Below, one piece after another: positions 1 to 10,796 of a stretch of DNA of 64,000 nt (the first letter of the stretch is position 1; each line of letters starts with the position of its first letter). The stretch is taken from positions 70,178 to 134,177 of the forward strand of contig JAGPFC010000002.1 of NCBI GenBank assembly GCA_018056685.1, given 5' to 3'. Under the pieces are notes generated by a model. It worked only from the letters and a program-made list of their open reading frames with translations. It was not told where the DNA came from and ran no database searches. Made by a program: the position numbers and the translations under genes. The DNA comes from Smithella sp. (GTDB lineage Bacteria > Desulfobacterota > Syntrophia > Syntrophales > Smithellaceae).

Positions 1-1029
1 CCTGCTGACGACATTGTTCAGTCTATCGGTCCCTTCCACAATAACATTCAGGAGATTCCTCTGTTCCTCATTGGCCGCTTCCTCTTTCAGATATTGCGCC
101 GCCCCTTTGATGGAACCCAGCGGATTGCGGATTTCATGAGCCAGAACAGGCGCCATTTCCGCCAGCATCAGATCTTTTTCCCGTTCCAGCTTTTCGTCAA
201 ACTCGTACAGCGACGTAAAAACATCCCGGCTTTCGGGATAGAAGTAATTGAATATTTTTCTCAAGATCATTCGCATCGGCGAAAGGGAAATGACGATCAG
301 AAAAGAGGCGACCAGTAATCCCGAAAAAGGCGGGGTGCCGTTGAAATACCCGACTGCAAAATAGAGAATCACAGCGCCGGTAACAGTGCTGACCAAAATA
401 ACCAGGGAACGGGCAAAAAAATCATGCAGTTTCTGGAGCTGAGGGTAAGCGATAATCAGCAAAGTAAAGTAAAGCAGCAGCGATATGACCATCCCGCTGA
501 TCACCGGCAGATTCAATCCCCAAGCATTCAATAAATGAATATGGCTTACCATCAAGGCGACGGGACAGGCCGCCAAAAGATAACCGAGACGCCGTTTTTC
601 CGTTCCGGCAGGCGATTTTGTGACATGCCACAGCAGCGCAATATAACATAAGACCAGGACAAACATGATGTAGCACACGATCACCGGATAAAAATACGTG
701 GTTTGCGCCAGCGGCGTAAAAACGAAAAAAGCGCCGCAGGCACTGATCAGAACCAATACGAAAAATGTTCTTTGGGAAAGTAATGTCCGCTCTCTGGTCA
801 GATAACGGAAAAACAAGAACGCCAGCGGCGCGATAGTCAGCAGTCCCAGGTATCGGATGATTGTCAGGAAACCAAAAGAAAAAATATTCCCCAGCGTCGT
901 GGCCACCTGAGAAGTAAAAACGGCCGCGCACAATCCGGCGAATGACGCCTGCAATTTGTCCTTCTTGCCGGTCATCATCAACGAGACGGCAATGATAAAA
1001 CTGGTTGCTGCTAGAATAAGATTATCCAT
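1..1029 (-). CDS. sensor histidine kinase, N-terminal part (polytopic membrane region plus HisKA H-box); the C-terminus runs off the left edge
   Basis: Hand translation of the minus strand from ATG at 1029 stays open for all 343 codons down to position 1. It shows several hydrophobic segments, then EKDLMLAEMAPVLAHEIRNPLGSIKG (H-box). It is absent from the ORF track because it has no stop in the window. Confidence 0.8.
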   Translation of the reverse strand, partial: MDNLILAATSFIIAVSLMMTGKKDKLQASFAGLCAAVFTSQVATTLGNIFSFGFLTIIRYLGLLTIAPLAFLFFRYLTRERTLLSQRTFFVLVLISACGAFFVFTPLAQTTYFYPVIVCYIMFVLVLCYIALLWHVTKSPAGTEKRRLGYLLAACPVALMVSHIHLLNAWGLNLPVISGMVISLLLYFTLLIIAYPQLQKLHDFFARSLVILVSTVTGAVILYFAVGYFNGTPPFSGLLVASFLIVISLSPMRMILRKIFNYFYPESRDVFTSLYEFDEKLEREKDLMLAEMAPVLAHEIRNPLGSIKGAAQYLKEEAANEEQRNLLNVIVEGTDRLNNVVSR

Positions 1030-1117
1030 AATAATTTTCAGAGGGTCGTTATCCCGCAAATGTCCTGACTGAAATTATATTCGCCAAAGCAATGAAACCT
1101 CTTCCGTCTTGAAAAAG

Positions 1118-3379
1118 CTATTTGCCGCCCGTCTTTCCCAGACCGGTCAGGGATATTCTAAACGAGAAACGGACATCGTCATCGGTCTCGGTCACATCGA
1201 TGCCCAGGCTCCAGCATTGTTTGTGATAAATAACGCCCAGTGAATTTTCAATCCGTCGGGAATTCTCGAGATCGTACTTGGAAATAAACGTGGCATCGAT
1301 ATTTCTGCTGAGGACAGCCTTGAGACCGAAATGGATTTCTTCAAGAGAGTCCGCGGTGTTCCGGTAACTGACAGACATGGAATCGCCCCGCCAGTCTCGG
1401 AGACGCAAATCAAGATTATTTTGCTTCCAGCTGTCATAGAAATTGTATCTACTGCGTGCTTTCAAAGAAAAATATTTAGAAGGAGAGATATCCAGTTCAA
1501 TTCCCAGATCAGAGAAGGGTTTTCTTTTGACATCATTTTCCTCCACGTCTCTGCCGGCTTCGTGGATATCGTACATCTGAAATAACTTCAGCCGCAGAAA
1601 TTCCAGATAGCTGTGCGCGCCGTCCTTGTCTTTGAGACGGGCCGTCAGAGTATTGGTCAGGGCCCAGGCAAGGGCGCTTTGCTCATTCAGCGGGTGACTG
1701 GACAGCGGTGTGATCGGAAATACAAAAGGAGCAGAAACAGGCAGATAGTATCCGGGGACTTCATCTGTGGAAACGTTGGGAACATAAGCATAAATGAGCT
1801 CCGGTTTGATTTCGTGTCTGATCTTTTCCCAGCGATCTCCCTGGACATCAAAGACGCGGGAGAGCTGGCTGCTCAAAGATACGGATGCGTTATAAGTCAT
1901 CCGGTCATCATTTTTATCCCGCGCGTCTCTTTGATGATCATCACGACTCCAGAGAGTTTCTTTCAAAGCAAACTGCGGCGTTAGTTTCAGATACCCGAAT
2001 ATATCAACAGGCCAGGAAAGGATCGGTGTCAAGTCCACAAAATGTCCCTGCTCTCCTTCCCCGCTGTATAAATAATCATAAACGCCGGTGAATTCATAAA
2101 ATAAAGGTGTTCTGAATAACGGTTGCCTAACGCCTGACAAAACCATTTCCGGATATTTCTGGAAAGTATGTTCATTGTCGGCAGCGGCAAAATCCTCGGT
2201 GTAGTTGATTAATCCTGTCAGGTTGATGTTTGACCAGCCCTTGTAAACACGCGCGGTTGATTCCAGATAACGCAGAGACTTGTCACCCCTGAAGGACACA
2301 TTCTGAAAAGGGTCGTCCGCGGAATCGGCATAATTTTCACGATAAAAATTGTGAGCGGAAAAATCTTTAAAATACCATTGATCGGATACTTTCTTCAGAT
2401 CGGTTCTGACATAAAACCGGGAATCAAAATCTGTTTGATGAGTGAAATAATAAGACCAACGCCGGTGCGCTCCCTGCCAGTCCCGACGGGTTGCAGAATC
2501 TTTGATTTCAGTAACATCCATTGTATCTTCGATGTAATCGCCATAAAACAGCCCGACCGATTTTGTCCCCAGATAATATCTGAATTCCATGCCTTCCTTA
2601 AATCCTCTTTTTTCGATGTAACGCTGATAAAAAGTGGCGTCCATCTGCGGTGAAATCGCCCAGAAGAAAGGCAGTTCGATATCCATGCCATCCTTGTCCC
2701 TGGAATAAGCGAAATACGGAAGAAGCAATCCCGTCTGTCGTTTTGTTTTTGCGGGAAACGGAAGATACGGGGTGTAGAGCACGGGAAATCCTCTGGCGAG
2801 AAAGCGGGCGTCTTTCATCAACCCATAACCCTCAAGGGTCACCTTCATTTCACGGCCGGCAATCTGCCAGTCCGGCTTGTCGCCATCACAGGTTGTGGCA
2901 CACGGTTGTAAAATAGAATAGGTATTCTCACCGGTCTTTTCGATTTTATCGCCGCGGACATAAAAATGATTTCTCGCATAAAAAGCGTCGGCCTGGTAAG
3001 CGGCGCCGGTTTTATCTTCAAAGTTGTAAATGATTTTTTCTCCGCGCACGGTGTCTTCTTCCATTTTCAGAAACGCGTTCCCCTGAGCGGTAGCCACATT
3101 GTTTTTATTATCCAGTTCCACATCATCTGCGGCCAGAGCCGCGCCGCTGTATATTATTTTTACCTTGCCTTTTGCGTGATAGACTTCGCGGACGCTGTCG
3201 TAATCCATCCTGTCGGCTTCAATCTGCACAGAATTATCCTGAACCGATGTTTGCGCAGAAGCAGCCTGGAGACCTGAAATCATCATGGTCAGAGCCAGAA
3301 AAAAGATTTTTAAATAAGCAGCGACTGCCGCAGAGTTTCTTTTTTCTTTTTCTGTTTTGCGTCGATGTCGCCTACTCAC
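1118..3379 (-). CDS. lptD: LPS-assembly outer membrane protein LptD (OstA family)
   Basis: 753 aa. Signal peptide ends at ...GLQAASAQ. An OstA-like N-terminal domain is followed by a long beta-barrel-type region. GTG start lies 10 nt after the folC stop. Confidence 0.85.
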   Translation of the reverse strand: MSRRHRRKTEKEKRNSAAVAAYLKIFFLALTMMISGLQAASAQTSVQDNSVQIEADRMDYDSVREVYHAKGKVKIIYSGAALAADDVELDNKNNVATAQGNAFLKMEEDTVRGEKIIYNFEDKTGAAYQADAFYARNHFYVRGDKIEKTGENTYSILQPCATTCDGDKPDWQIAGREMKVTLEGYGLMKDARFLARGFPVLYTPYLPFPAKTKRQTGLLLPYFAYSRDKDGMDIELPFFWAISPQMDATFYQRYIEKRGFKEGMEFRYYLGTKSVGLFYGDYIEDTMDVTEIKDSATRRDWQGAHRRWSYYFTHQTDFDSRFYVRTDLKKVSDQWYFKDFSAHNFYRENYADSADDPFQNVSFRGDKSLRYLESTARVYKGWSNINLTGLINYTEDFAAADNEHTFQKYPEMVLSGVRQPLFRTPLFYEFTGVYDYLYSGEGEQGHFVDLTPILSWPVDIFGYLKLTPQFALKETLWSRDDHQRDARDKNDDRMTYNASVSLSSQLSRVFDVQGDRWEKIRHEIKPELIYAYVPNVSTDEVPGYYLPVSAPFVFPITPLSSHPLNEQSALAWALTNTLTARLKDKDGAHSYLEFLRLKLFQMYDIHEAGRDVEENDVKRKPFSDLGIELDISPSKYFSLKARSRYNFYDSWKQNNLDLRLRDWRGDSMSVSYRNTADSLEEIHFGLKAVLSRNIDATFISKYDLENSRRIENSLGVIYHKQCWSLGIDVTETDDDVRFSFRISLTGLGKTGGK

Positions 3380-3388
3380 GCTATTTCT

Positions 3389-4699
3389 CTACCTTTGATG
3401 AGTAATTTTATCGTGATTTTTATTATCACAGACAGCAAGTTTAGGAAACGCCTGTTTTGTTTCTCCCGCCAGATAAAACGAACCGGCAGCGCAAATCAAA
3501 TCGTTTTGACCTGCCAGCGCAAAGGCCTTTTCCAGGGCCTGAGTAACGTTTTCAGCAATGACCGGCGTGCAGCCGATTTTGACAAGGAAGGCGCTCATTT
3601 CATTCACGGGAGCTGCCCGTTCTGTTTTTAACGGTGTCAAAATGATGGTGTGAGCACAAGACGCTATCTTTTTCAGCATACTCGAAAAATCCTTATCCGC
3701 CAGAGCGCCGAAAATAAAAATCAAGCGGCGGCATGAGAAATCTTTTTTCAGAAAGCGGCACAAAGAATTGATTCCGGCCGGATTATGCGCGCCATCGAGA
3801 AGGAAAAGAGGCTTTTCATACAGCACCTCGAGACGCGCTTCCCAACGCGTATTGTTCAGCCCTCTGCGCATTGCCGTATCATGAATATCCAACCCTTTTT
3901 CTTCACAAATCTCTATCGTTGCCAGAGCCAGCGCGGCATTGCTCGCCTGATGCTCCCCCAGCAGCGGAATCTTCAAATTCTTTAAATGACGATGCAATCC
4001 ATCGTACGTAAAGAAACCATCTTCTTGTTTTTTAATTTTTATATCTCGCCCCAGATCATAAAGCCTCGCCTGACGGCGCCGACAGACGTCCTGGAAGACG
4101 TTCAGCACTACCTTTTGTTTTGCCGCGGTCAGACAAATCCCTTTTCGTTTGATAATGCCCGCTTTCTCCCCAGCGATTGCTTCCAGCGTTCCGCCCAGAT
4201 AGGCCGTGTGATCAAAATCAATATTGGTGATGACTGAAACCAGCGGTGTGCACACGTTGGTCGCATCCAGCCGGCCGCCCAGACCGACTTCCAGGACGGC
4301 AATGTCAACGTTCTTTTCGTGAAAATAAACAAATGCCACGGCAGTGAGAAATTCAAAGTACGTGACCGGCTTCTGAATCTTGTGTTTTACAAATTCAATC
4401 GTTTGGTAAAAATCCTTCCGTGAAATTTTTCTTCCGTTGATGACAACCCTCTCCCGCACATCCACGAGATGCGGCGACGTGTATAAGCCAACCCGGTAAC
4501 CGGCACTGTGCAGGATGGACGCGATCATTGCCGCGGTAGAACCTTTGCCGTTGGTACCACCAATAATAATTGTTTTGTACGACTTTTGTGGATTGTTCAG
4601 CCTTGATAAAAGTTCAGTCACGGATTGGAGACCAAAACGCATTTTATGAATGTTCAAGCTTTCCAGATATCGGGCCGGGTTGATTTTTTTTGATTTCAT
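3389..4699 (-). CDS. folC: bifunctional folylpolyglutamate synthase / dihydrofolate synthase
   Basis: 436 aa with a Mur-ligase fold, P-loop GGTNGKGST and the LLDGAHNPAG motif. Confidence 0.9.
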   Translation of the reverse strand: MKSKKINPARYLESLNIHKMRFGLQSVTELLSRLNNPQKSYKTIIIGGTNGKGSTAAMIASILHSAGYRVGLYTSPHLVDVRERVVINGRKISRKDFYQTIEFVKHKIQKPVTYFEFLTAVAFVYFHEKNVDIAVLEVGLGGRLDATNVCTPLVSVITNIDFDHTAYLGGTLEAIAGEKAGIIKRKGICLTAAKQKVVLNVFQDVCRRRQARLYDLGRDIKIKKQEDGFFTYDGLHRHLKNLKIPLLGEHQASNAALALATIEICEEKGLDIHDTAMRRGLNNTRWEARLEVLYEKPLFLLDGAHNPAGINSLCRFLKKDFSCRRLIFIFGALADKDFSSMLKKIASCAHTIILTPLKTERAAPVNEMSAFLVKIGCTPVIAENVTQALEKAFALAGQNDLICAAGSFYLAGETKQAFPKLAVCDNKNHDKITHQR

Positions 4700-4814
4700 T
4701 TCGATGTCATTGATATTTTATTGATTTCAATATTATTTTGACAGGCAGCAAACTAGCACACCTGATGAAGGCTGGCAATTAAATTGTAAAAATTTCGGAA
4801 TGAAAGGACCGGAC

Positions 4815-5636
4815 TTAAGTGTCTGATAACAGGCTCTGCCAGGTATGGCGTTCCAGAAAAGATCCGGGAACATTTTTTTCCATTTCTTCAAAGAGCGAGA
4901 AAGGAACGGCAAAGGTCATCAGATGAGGATCGTTCAACTGCTTGCGCACATAAACACGGGCGGAAAGATCGGTCAAGCCGACGACCGCGCGCGGCTTTGC
5001 GGATTTTGCTTCGCGATAGGGATAAATGCCAATCGTCTGGCAGCCGGCGGCATAAGGAATGATGACATTTTCATTATGGTCCCGTCCGTAATTGGCCAGG
5101 ACGGTTAAAGCGGAAAGTTGATCAGGATTGACAAAAAAAATGACCGTCTGCGGTTTTTCCCCGGACAAATCAATGTCGGACAACGGACGGAAAACAACAT
5201 ATTTTACGGGAATGGCCATCATCGGCAGATTCGTGATAAATTTTTCCACAAGCTCAGGCGTTTGGATATAGCGTTCGCCATGCAGAAAATTATCGAAGCT
5301 TTCTTTGGTCATGAAAGGTTTTATCTTTTCGGCAATTTCGTTTCCACCCTGGCGTCTGGCATTTCCGGTGGAAAGAAAGTGACAGAAACCTTCTTCACCG
5401 CCGGGGAAATTCTTATACTGTTCACCAAAGCCTAAACCCACACCACCGCCGATACAACCGAAAGTGCTTTTATCGGCTGCCGCTGCTTTGCCCTTGGCCG
5501 CATGCACAGCCAGCCACATCACGCAGCCCCACTTGCCCTCAGAAAACTGCATGGCGTCCGCCGGTTTTTCATCAGACCACAAAAGCCCCACAGGCTGGTA
5601 TTTTAATTGAATCGCTTGGGCAATTGTGCTTTCCAT
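4815..5636 (-). CDS. DUF169-family protein (function unknown)
   Basis: 273 aa. Resembles the DUF169/COG2043 family (WGCVMW..., GCIGGGVGLGFG). Recognised from memory of the family only. Confidence 0.6.
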   Translation of the reverse strand: MESTIAQAIQLKYQPVGLLWSDEKPADAMQFSEGKWGCVMWLAVHAAKGKAAAADKSTFGCIGGGVGLGFGEQYKNFPGGEEGFCHFLSTGNARRQGGNEIAEKIKPFMTKESFDNFLHGERYIQTPELVEKFITNLPMMAIPVKYVVFRPLSDIDLSGEKPQTVIFFVNPDQLSALTVLANYGRDHNENVIIPYAAGCQTIGIYPYREAKSAKPRAVVGLTDLSARVYVRKQLNDPHLMTFAVPFSLFEEMEKNVPGSFLERHTWQSLLSDT

Positions 5637-5741
5637 TTCTTTGTCCGGTGATCCTTTTTGTTACATTATAATAACGGTGTATCGATATTGTCCACTGAAA
5701 TTTAGCATCACAAGCCGAATCGTTCATCGGTTAATTTATTT

Positions 5742-7433
5742 TTATTCCTGCATGGCTTTTCGGTATTCTGCAACGAGCGCTTTTTTAGCAACGCCCAAAC
5801 GGATGATATCCCAGGGCAGCACTTCATCAAATGCCTTGGGACGGTAAACATAAAAATCCGGATTGATATTGACCTCTTTGAGCGCGCGCGACCAGTTGCC
5901 TTCCAGGCGGTGCACGACCAGTAGAATTTCTCCCACACGACGGTCACCCAGGGAAAGCAGCGCCTGAATATAATTCCATTTGGGAACATCGTGGATGACT
6001 TTGATCTGCTTGTCTTTGCGGAATGCGTTTTCAATCTTTTTCATTTTCTTCCCGGCCATGCTGACATCTTCCAGAGGGCACCACTGAAAAGGCGTTGATG
6101 GTTTGGGGATAAACTGATTGATGCTCAGGATAATTCTGCGGAACTTTTTCTTCCCCGCATATTTATTACGGATATGGTGCTGAATTTTTTTAGTCAGTTC
6201 AATGATGGCGTCTATATCCTGTTCTTCTTCTTTGGGAAGCCCGATCATAAAATAAAGCCTTAAATTAGAAACATCTTTTCCCGCGAGCAATTCCACGGCA
6301 TTTAGGATATCGGCTTCTGATATGCCTTTGTGCAAAACATCGCGTAATCTCTGGCTGCCCGCTTCCGGTGCCAGCGCAACCGTTTCAATGCCGCCTTCCT
6401 TGATCAAATCGACCATTTTTTCATTGATCTGATCGATACGCAGGGACCCGAGACCGGCCTGAGCTTTTTGTCCGATAATATATTCGCAAACTGGAACCAA
6501 CTCGGGATGATCGGATACGGCCGTTCCAATCAAACCGATCTTCTTCTTTCGTTGCAGACCCCGGTCAATGGATTTTAAAATCTCCGGGCGACTGCGAAAA
6601 CGCACCGGATGATATACAAAACTGGCCGCGCAAAAGCGGCAACTTCTGGCACAGCCTCTGTTCACCTCCACCAGAAACATGTCTTCCATTTCGGTCTGAG
6701 GCCCACTGATCACTTCCTCGGTGCAAAAAGTATCGAGATCACGCACACGCTGTATGTTAATTTTTTCGGGCAGTCCCGCTTCCCGCGGTTTGACAGACTT
6801 GATTTTACTTTCTGCAGAATAATGGACTTCGTAGAGATCAGGGACATAAATATTGTCTAGATTTTTTTGCGCGAACCTCAAGAATTCCTGACGCGCCTGA
6901 CCAAGACGGCGCGCTTCCTCAAATGCGCTGCAAAACTGCGGCAACACTTCCTCCGCTTCGCCCAGAATAAAGAGATCAAAGAAATCTGCCAGCGGCTCCG
7001 GATTCAGCGTGAGAGCGATGCCGCCACCGATCACCAGGGGATGTTTTTCGGAACGATCCTTCGCCAGCAGAGGGATACCGGCCATATCCATCATTTGGAA
7101 AATATGGGGATAATCGTTTTCAAAAGAAACGGAAAAAGCCAAAATATCAAATTCGTTGACGGGTTTTTGATTTTCCAGGCTGAAGATTCCTGCCGCTCCG
7201 GAAACGAATCTGGCCTCGTTCCCGGAAACGGGCAGGAATACCCTCTCACAAAGAAAGGAAGGTTGAACATTAAATATCTTGTAAATTGTTTGGAAACCCA
7301 GATTGGCCATGCCGGTCCGGTAATGATTGGGATAGGCAAGGCAAACCGTATTATATTCTCCCCAAATTTTTTTTACATGGCCGGTCTCTTTCTCCAGAAC
7401 ACCGGCATAAACTTTTTTCAGCTTCCAATCCAT
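5742..7433 (-). CDS. radical SAM protein with N-terminal B12-binding-like domain (TIGR03960-like, uncharacterised)
   Basis: 563 aa. CxxxCxxC cluster motif in VNRGCARSCRFCAASFVYHPVRFR. The N-terminus AYPNHYRTGMANLGFQTIY is typical of this family. Confidence 0.75.
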   Translation of the reverse strand: MDWKLKKVYAGVLEKETGHVKKIWGEYNTVCLAYPNHYRTGMANLGFQTIYKIFNVQPSFLCERVFLPVSGNEARFVSGAAGIFSLENQKPVNEFDILAFSVSFENDYPHIFQMMDMAGIPLLAKDRSEKHPLVIGGGIALTLNPEPLADFFDLFILGEAEEVLPQFCSAFEEARRLGQARQEFLRFAQKNLDNIYVPDLYEVHYSAESKIKSVKPREAGLPEKINIQRVRDLDTFCTEEVISGPQTEMEDMFLVEVNRGCARSCRFCAASFVYHPVRFRSRPEILKSIDRGLQRKKKIGLIGTAVSDHPELVPVCEYIIGQKAQAGLGSLRIDQINEKMVDLIKEGGIETVALAPEAGSQRLRDVLHKGISEADILNAVELLAGKDVSNLRLYFMIGLPKEEEQDIDAIIELTKKIQHHIRNKYAGKKKFRRIILSINQFIPKPSTPFQWCPLEDVSMAGKKMKKIENAFRKDKQIKVIHDVPKWNYIQALLSLGDRRVGEILLVVHRLEGNWSRALKEVNINPDFYVYRPKAFDEVLPWDIIRLGVAKKALVAEYRKAMQE

Positions 7434-7512
7434 GGCTGTATGATGACCTATATGCTGTAAGTGCCCCTGTCACTTTTGAACCATGGAGCCAAACATGAAC
7501 GCTTAACGCTGA

Positions 7513-8670
7513 TCAGTCAGCCTGACGTCTTAAAAATGTCGGAATCTGTATATCCATATGTTCGTTTTCGTCCCCGAGGCCGACAACGGCCACTTCCCCG
7601 GTGTTCAATTTTCTTTCTCGACGGATAAAGGTTGGCGTGGACAGATCTTCCCTGGAACCAAGCCCGCGGAAACGCGTGACATTGCCGATGGATTCGTTTT
7701 TCTTTCGGGAAAAATCATCAAAACCGGTGGCAATAACGGTAATGCGGATTTCATCTTCCATATTCGGATCAATGACCGTGCCAAATATGATATTGGCGTC
7801 TTCATCGGCTTCTTCCTGAATCAGGGATGAAGCTTCGTTCACTTCATATAAGCTCATGTCCGAACCGCCGGTGATATTGAGCAGAATGCCGTGCGCGCCC
7901 TGAATGGTATTGTCTTCCAGAAGAGGCGAGGAAATGGCTCTCTGAGCCGCTTCCACAGCTCTGTTTTCACCGCTGGCCACACCGGTTCCCATAATGGCCA
8001 TGCCCATGTTACTCATGACACTGCGGACATCAGCAAAGTCCAGATTAATCAGGCCCGGAACCAGAATGAGATCGGATATACCCTTGACCGCCTGATACAG
8101 GACATCATCCGCCTTCTTGAAGGCTTCCAGCAGGGACAGATTACGTCCGCCCAGGCTGAGAAGTCTCTGGTTGGGAACAACAATCAGCGTATCGACGGCA
8201 TCCCGTAACTGGGCAATGCCTTCCTCCGCCTGAATGTTGCGTTTCTTCCCTTCAAACTGAAAAGGCTTGGTCACCACAGCAATCGTCAGAACGCTGCATT
8301 CCCGGGCAATCTCCGCGATCACCGGAGCCGCGCCTGTACCTGTGCCTCCGCCCATGCCCGCGGTAATGAAAATCATATCCGCGCCTTCCAGATAAGGCTT
8401 GATTTCCTCACGGGACTCCAGGGCGGACTGTTTGCCGATTTCCGGATCGGAACCGGCCCCCAGACCTTTGGTTATTTGCGTGCCGATTTGAATTTTGACC
8501 GGTGCGCTGGATACGCTAAGGGCCTGCGCATCCGTGTTCGCATTGATGAAGTCAACCCCCTGCAGGCAGTATGAAATCATCGTGTTGACGGCGTTTCCGC
8601 CTCCGCCGCCTACTCCGATCACCTTGATTTTTGCCAGATTTTCGTTACACACTTCAGTTAATTCAAACAT
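7513..8670 (-). CDS. ftsZ: cell division GTPase FtsZ
   Basis: 385 aa. [11 protein letters not shown] tubulin signature and the C-terminal peptide [13 protein letters not shown]. Confidence 0.98.
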   Translation of the reverse strand: MFELTEVCNENLAKIKVIGVGGGGGNAVNTMISYCLQGVDFINANTDAQALSVSSAPVKIQIGTQITKGLGAGSDPEIGKQSALESREEIKPYLEGADMIFITAGMGGGTGTGAAPVIAEIARECSVLTIAVVTKPFQFEGKKRNIQAEEGIAQLRDAVDTLIVVPNQRLLSLGGRNLSLLEAFKKADDVLYQAVKGISDLILVPGLINLDFADVRSVMSNMGMAIMGTGVASGENRAVEAAQRAISSPLLEDNTIQGAHGILLNITGGSDMSLYEVNEASSLIQEEADEDANIIFGTVIDPNMEDEIRITVIATGFDDFSRKKNESIGNVTRFRGLGSREDLSTPTFIRRERKLNTGEVAVVGLGDENEHMDIQIPTFLRRQAD

Positions 8671-8685
8671 GTTCTCTCCTTCCTT

Positions 8686-9903
8686 TCAAAAAAATTCTGA
8701 AAACATTTTCTTAACGGTTCTTTTAATATTTCCAAACATCCCTGTTGAAACACCGCTTAAAACATTCTGGTTGTGGCCATAAAGGATTAAGCCGACACCG
8801 ATGGCATGCGCCGGTGAATTAGCGATGTCATTTAATCCGCCTACGCCGATTGGAATACCTTTACGCGCCTGCATGTCAAAAATCTTCTCCGCCAGCTCGC
8901 TGATGCCTTCCAGAAGCGATGTGCCGCCGGTTAAGACAACGCCGGCCGCCAATAAATCTTCAAAACCGAATTTCACCACCTCGTTATAAGCCAGGTTTAA
9001 GATTTCCTCCATTCTGGGTTCGACAATACGGCCCAGAATCTGACGTGAAACTTCACGGTCTTCCCGTCCGCCCAGACTGGGCACCCGGATGGTTTCATCT
9101 TTCGGGATCATGGCTGTCATGGCACAGCCGTGTTTAATTTTAATTTTTTCCGCCTCGGCCAACGGCGTGCGTAAACCCGTGGAGATGTCCGACGTGAGAT
9201 AGTTTCCGCCAACGGGCAGGATTGCCGTATGCTTGATGCTTGATTCGGAAAAAATGGTAACGGATGTGTTGGCGCCGCCGATATCAACCAGCACAACCCC
9301 CAGCTCTTTTTCATCCTTGCTGAGCACGGCTTCGGCCGCCGCCAGCTGTTCCAGCACAATACCATCAATATCCAGACCGACGCGGTTGACGGATTTCTCA
9401 ATGTCCTGAATGGAGGAAATCGCGCCGGTCACAATGTGCACCTTCGCCTCCAGCCTTACACCGGACATGCCGATGGGATCTTTGATTCCTTCCTGACCGT
9501 CAATTACATAACTCTGAGGAAGAACGTGCAGTATTTTTCGGCCGACGGGAATGGCGATCTGTTCGGATGCTTCAATCACTCGCTGGACGTCTTTTTCGTC
9601 AACTTCCCTGCCCTTGATGGCTACGATGCTTAAAGAATTCTGTCCCCTGATGTGGTTGCCGGAAATACCGACAAACACCGAATTGATCCGACAGCCGGAC
9701 ATATGTTCGGCTTCCTCCACGGCAGTCTTGATCGACTCCACCATACTGTCAATATTGACAACCGTGCCCTTGCGCATTTCTCTGTTTTGCGATGTTCCAA
9801 TGCCGATGATGTCAACACTGTTTTCGGTAACATCGCCGACAATGGCGGTGGTTTTGGTTGTCCCGATATCGAGACCGACGATTACATTGCTTCTCTTGCC
9901 CAT
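8686..9903 (-). CDS. ftsA: cell division protein FtsA
   Basis: 405 aa with an actin-like ATPase fold (VGLDIGTTKT) and a C-terminal amphipathic helix. Position between ftsQ and ftsZ. Confidence 0.95.
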   Translation of the reverse strand: MGKRSNVIVGLDIGTTKTTAIVGDVTENSVDIIGIGTSQNREMRKGTVVNIDSMVESIKTAVEEAEHMSGCRINSVFVGISGNHIRGQNSLSIVAIKGREVDEKDVQRVIEASEQIAIPVGRKILHVLPQSYVIDGQEGIKDPIGMSGVRLEAKVHIVTGAISSIQDIEKSVNRVGLDIDGIVLEQLAAAEAVLSKDEKELGVVLVDIGGANTSVTIFSESSIKHTAILPVGGNYLTSDISTGLRTPLAEAEKIKIKHGCAMTAMIPKDETIRVPSLGGREDREVSRQILGRIVEPRMEEILNLAYNEVVKFGFEDLLAAGVVLTGGTSLLEGISELAEKIFDMQARKGIPIGVGGLNDIANSPAHAIGVGLILYGHNQNVLSGVSTGMFGNIKRTVKKMFSEFF

Positions 9904-9941
9904 CCGTGTTCCCCTCTTTTAATTTTTACTGACCCATAAAA

Positions 9942-10796
9942 TCAAATTTGATACTGTTTGTTTTTATCGTCCTGCGCCATTCTCTCCGGAATGTTTTTGC
10001 GCTTAATCGTCACTTTCGACTCATCGGATAAATCCACACACACATAACCGGTTTTCATCCCTCTGCTTTCCAGATCGGCCAGCACGTTTTTCAGTTTCTT
10101 CAGTTTGGCTTCAAAACCGTCCGTGCCGAGTTTTAAGTACAACCCCTTGTCAAAAATAAGCGCCACGCCAAAAACATCGTCAACATTAATTTCCGCAATG
10201 GTGCCCAGATAGGTATATTCTTCCGAACGGGAAACCGTCTGCAGGAAGGTCAGCGTGTACAAAATAAGGGGTGAGGCCGTCTTTTCTTCCTTCCGGACAC
10301 CGGTAATGATGGGAAGATCAACCGCGTCGTTTTTCATCAATCTCTTAAAGACAAAACCTTTGGCATCCATCAGATAAAAATCATCAGACTGTTTTACCAG
10401 AGCCAGCGGGGTTCTTTCCTGCACTTCCAGAACAAGTTTGCCGGGCAATTCTCTGCCGACATAAACATGTTCCACCCATTGATTGGCGGAAACCCGGCGC
10501 GCCACGGCCTCCGTATTGACGGCTAGAATATTCTGCATTGGCTTGATGTTCGCCAACGCGAGAATATCCTTTTCGGTCAGTTCCTTTAATCCCCGCACGG
10601 ATACTTCCTGAATCTGGAAATAGGGACTGCTGATGATCAAGCTGTACGTATAAATAAAAGCGATGGTCAGACCCGCCGCCACCGACAACAAAACTCCCGC
10701 GGCAAAAAAATCACCGGAAACATTGCTGAGACGGCGACGCATCCTGTTTTGCTTTTTTTCAATTTCCGACTTCTTGCGTATTATTTTTCTGAACAT
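9942..10796 (-). CDS. ftsQ: cell division protein FtsQ
   Basis: 284 aa, single TM segment, POTRA-like region. Position between murB and ftsA. Confidence 0.85.
   Translation of the reverse strand: MFRKIIRKKSEIEKKQNRMRRRLSNVSGDFFAAGVLLSVAAGLTIAFIYTYSLIISSPYFQIQEVSVRGLKELTEKDILALANIKPMQNILAVNTEAVARRVSANQWVEHVYVGRELPGKLVLEVQERTPLALVKQSDDFYLMDAKGFVFKRLMKNDAVDLPIITGVRKEEKTASPLILYTLTFLQTVSRSEEYTYLGTIAEINVDDVFGVALIFDKGLYLKLGTDGFEAKLKKLKNVLADLESRGMKTGYVCVDLSDESKVTIKRKNIPERMAQDDKNKQYQI

Noticed and set aside
422-931. Track ORFs 422..931 (-) and 94..318 (+).
   Set aside because: They lie in other frames over the same DNA as the open 343-codon histidine-kinase frame (1..1029, minus), which has a clear H-box and membrane helices.
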